Assembly (NCBI RefSeq): GCF_009914755.1
Contig: NC_060928.1
Reading direction: 5' to 3' (one strand)
Length of the DNA: 64,000 nt
Origin: the human T2T-CHM13v2.0 reference genome, Homo sapiens
Positions within the stretch are counted from its first letter, which is position 1. Every line of letters begins with the position of its first letter. Below, in pieces: positions 59,978 to 64,000 of the stretch. A model generated the notes under the pieces. The model was not told where the DNA came from. It saw only the letters and a program-made list of their open reading frames with translations, and searched no databases. Both the position numbers and the translations under genes were made by a program.

Positions 59978-62900
59978 CTAAATCACAAATATTATAATTG
60001 TCAATGATAACAACCAGTCATTATCATTTGGTGAGCTCCTAACGTGTGCCAGTCCTGTAAGAGACACTTTATCTCATTAAGTTCATTTATTCTGAACAGC
60101 AAATAAGTGGATACCTGGTAGAAAAAGTAGGTATCTCTTTTATCAGATGAGTAAACTTAGGTTCAGGTCACAGCTGGTCAGTAACTAAGCCTGATACAAA
60201 GCACCTCCTTGGGTGAGGCTATGCCTCACCCAGGAAGCACAAGGGGTGGGGGAAGTCCCTCCCCTAGCCAAGAGAAGCCGTGAGGGACTGTGCCACGAGG
60301 GATGGTGTATTCCGGCCCACATACTGTACTTTTCCCATGGTATTCACAACCCGCAGACCAGGAGATTCCCGCAGGTGCCTACATCACCAGGGCCCTGGGT
60401 TTCAAACACAAAACTGGGTGGCCATTTGGGCAGACACTGAGACAGCTGCAGGAGTTTTTTTTTCATACCCCAGTGGTGCCTGGAATGCCAGCGCGACAAA
60501 ACTGTTCACTCCCCTGTAAAAGGGGCTGTTAAGCCAGGGAACCAAGTGGTCTAGCCTAGCTCAGCGGATCCCAGCCCCACAGAGCCCAGCAAGCTAAGAT
60601 CCACTGGCTTGAAATTCTTACTGCCAGCACAGCAGTCTAAAGTCAACCTGGGAAGCTTGAGCTTGGTGGGGGGAGGGGCATCCACCATTACTGAGGCTTG
60701 AGTAGGCCCTCACAGTGTAAACAAAGCCTCTGGGAAATTCGAACTGGGTAGAGCCGACCACAGCTTGGCAAAGCCACTGTAGCCAGACTGCCTCTCTAGA
60801 TTCCTCCTCTCTATGCAGGGCATCTCTGAAAGAAAGGCAGCAGCCCCAGTCAGGGGTATATAGATAAAACTCCCACCTCCCTGGGACAGAGCAGCTGAGG
60901 TAAGGGGAGGCTGTGCGCACAGCTTCAGCAGACTTAAACGTTCCTGCCTGCTGGCTTTGAAGACAGCAGTGAATCTCCCAGCACAGCGCTAGAGCTCTGC
61001 TAAGGGACAGATTGCCTCCTCAAATGGGTCCTTGACCCCTGTGCCTCCTGATTGGGAGACACCTCCCAGCAGGGGTCGACAGACACTTCATACAGGAGAG
61101 CTCCAGCTGGCATCTGGCGGGTGCCCCTCTGGGAACAAAGCTTCCAGAGAAAAAAAACAGGCAGCAATCTTTGGGGTATCTTTGCTGTTCTATAGCCTCT
61201 GCTGGTGATACCCAGGCAAACAGGGTCTGGAGTGGACCTGCAGCAAACTCCAGCAGACCTGCAGCAGAGAGGCCTGACTGTTAGAAGGAAAACTAACAAA
61301 CAGAAAGGAATAGCATCAACATCAACAAAAAGGAAATCCACACCAAAACCCCATCCAAAGGTCACCAGCATCAAAGACCAAAGGTAGATAAATCTATGAA
61401 GATGAGGAAAAACCTGTGCAAAAAGGCAGAATGCCTCTTCTCCTCCAAAGGATCACAGCTCCTCGCCAGCAAGGGAACAAAACTGGATGGAGAATGAGTT
61501 TGATGAATAGACAGAAGTAGGCTTCAGAAGGTGGGTAATAACAAACTCCTCCAAGCTAAAGGTGCATATTCTAACCCAATGCAAGGAAGCTAAGAACACT
61601 GAAAAAAGGATAGAGGAATTGCTAATTAGAATAACCAGTTTATAGAAGAACATAAATGACCTGATGAAGCTGAAAAACACAGCACAAGAACTTCGTGAAG
61701 CAAACACAAGTATCAATAGCTGAATCAATCAAGCGGAAGAAAGGATATAAGAGATTAATGAAATAAACTTAATGAAATAAAGCGTGAAGACAAGATTAGA
61801 GAAAAAAGAATGAAAAGGAACAAACAAAGCCTTCAAGAAATATGGGACTATGTGAAAGGACAAAACCTACGTTTTATTGGTGTACCTGAAAGTGACAGGG
61901 AGAATGGAACCAAGTTGGAAAACATTCTTCAGGATATTATCCAGAAGAACTTCCCCAACCTAGCAAGACAGGCCAACATTCTAATTCAGGAAATAAAGAG
62001 AACAGCACAAAGATACTCCTCAAGAGCAACCCCAAGACACATAATCATCAGATTCATGAAGGTTGAAATGAAGGAAAAAATGTTAAGGGCAGCCAGAGAG
62101 AAAGGTTGTGTTACCAACAAAGGGAAGCCTATCAGACTAACAGCAGATCTCTCTGCAGAAACCCTATAAGTCAGAAGAGAGTGGGGACCAATATTCAAAA
62201 TTCTTAAAGAAAAGAATTTTTCACCCAGAATTTCATATCCAGCCAAACTAAGCTTCATAAGTGAAGGAGAAATAAATTCCTTTACAGACAAGCAAGTGCT
62301 GAGGGATTTTGTCACCACCAGGCCTGCCTTTCAAGAGTTCCTCAAGGAAGCACTAAATATAGAACGGAAAAACTGGTACCAGTGACTGCAAAAACATACC
62401 AAATTGTAAAGACCATCAACACTATGAAGAAACTGCATCAATTAATGGGCAAAATAACCAGCTAACATCATAATGACAGGATCAAATTCACACATAACAA
62501 TATTAACCTGAAATGTAAACGGGCTAAATGCCCCAGTTAAAAGACACAGACTAGCAAATTGGATAAAGAGTCAAGACCCATCGGTGTGCTGTATTCAGGA
62601 GACCCATCTCACATGAAAGATACACATAGGCTCAAAATAAAGAGATGGAGGAAGATCTGTCAAGCAAATGGAAAGCAAAAAAAGCAGGGGTTGCAATCCC
62701 AGTCTCTGATAAAACAGACTTAAAACCAACAAAGATCAAAAAAGAGAAAGAAGAGTATTACATAATGGTAAAGAGATCAATTCAACAAGAAGAGCTAACT
62801 ATCTAAAATCTATATGCACCCAATACAGGAGCATGCAGACTCATAAAGCAAGTCCTTAGAGACCTACAAGGAGACTTCAGACTCCCACACAATAATAGTG

Positions 62901-63170
62901 GGAAACTTTTAACACCCCACTGTCAATATTAGACAGATCATTGACATCAACAAGGATATTCAGGACTTGAACTCAGCTCTGGACCAAGTGAACCTAACAG
63001 ACACCTACAGAACTCTCTACCCCAAAGCAATAGAATATACATTCTTCTCAGCACCACACAGCACTTATTCTAAAATTTATCACATAATTGGAAGTAAAAC
63101 ACTCCTCATCACATGCAAAAGAACGGAAATCATAACCAACAGTCTGTCAGACCACATTGCAATCAAATTA

Positions 63171-63490
<320 letters not shown>

Positions 63491-63513
63491 CTCACTCAAA
63501 ACTGCACAACTAT

Positions 63514-63992
<479 letters not shown>

Positions 63993-64000
63993 CTAAATGC

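Noticed and set aside
60210-60232. Hairpin tgggtgaggc-tat-gcctcaccca as a small RNA or terminator
   Set aside because: Corresponds to a partly self-complementary stretch native to the L1 5' UTR.

Overview
Human (or near-identical great-ape) genomic DNA from the tail-to-tail PKD2/ABCG2 locus on 4q22.1. The + strand carries PKD2 (polycystin-2) exons 10-15 and its 3' UTR (393 to about 16268). After about 12.5 kb of repeat-rich spacer, the - strand carries ABCG2 (BCRP) exons 6-16 and a ~2 kb 3' UTR (about 28760-59977). All 17 coding exons have GT-AG boundaries, join in frame and have no internal stops. The rest is mostly transposon-derived: about 45 Alus, an old L1M, a 5'-clipped L1PA, a THE1 MaLR provirus, MLT/LTR33-like LTRs, Tigger/MER DNA elements, MIR and L2. 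Most ORF-track entries are repeat artefacts. I found no new protein-coding system. The best leads are (i) an AT-rich palindrome with ~110 bp arms, split by an AluY, just past the ABCG2 distal poly(A) signal; (ii) two Alus flanking ABCG2 exon 10 that share four non-consensus motifs; (iii) an L1 antisense-promoter/ORF0 region with a donor-like site 252 nt from ABCG2 exon 6, facing a DUX4-motif THE1 LTR; and (iv) a candidate 6-nt microexon in PKD2 intron 11. Exon numbers, repeat subfamilies and literature links come from memory and were not searched. Repeat boundaries are approximate.
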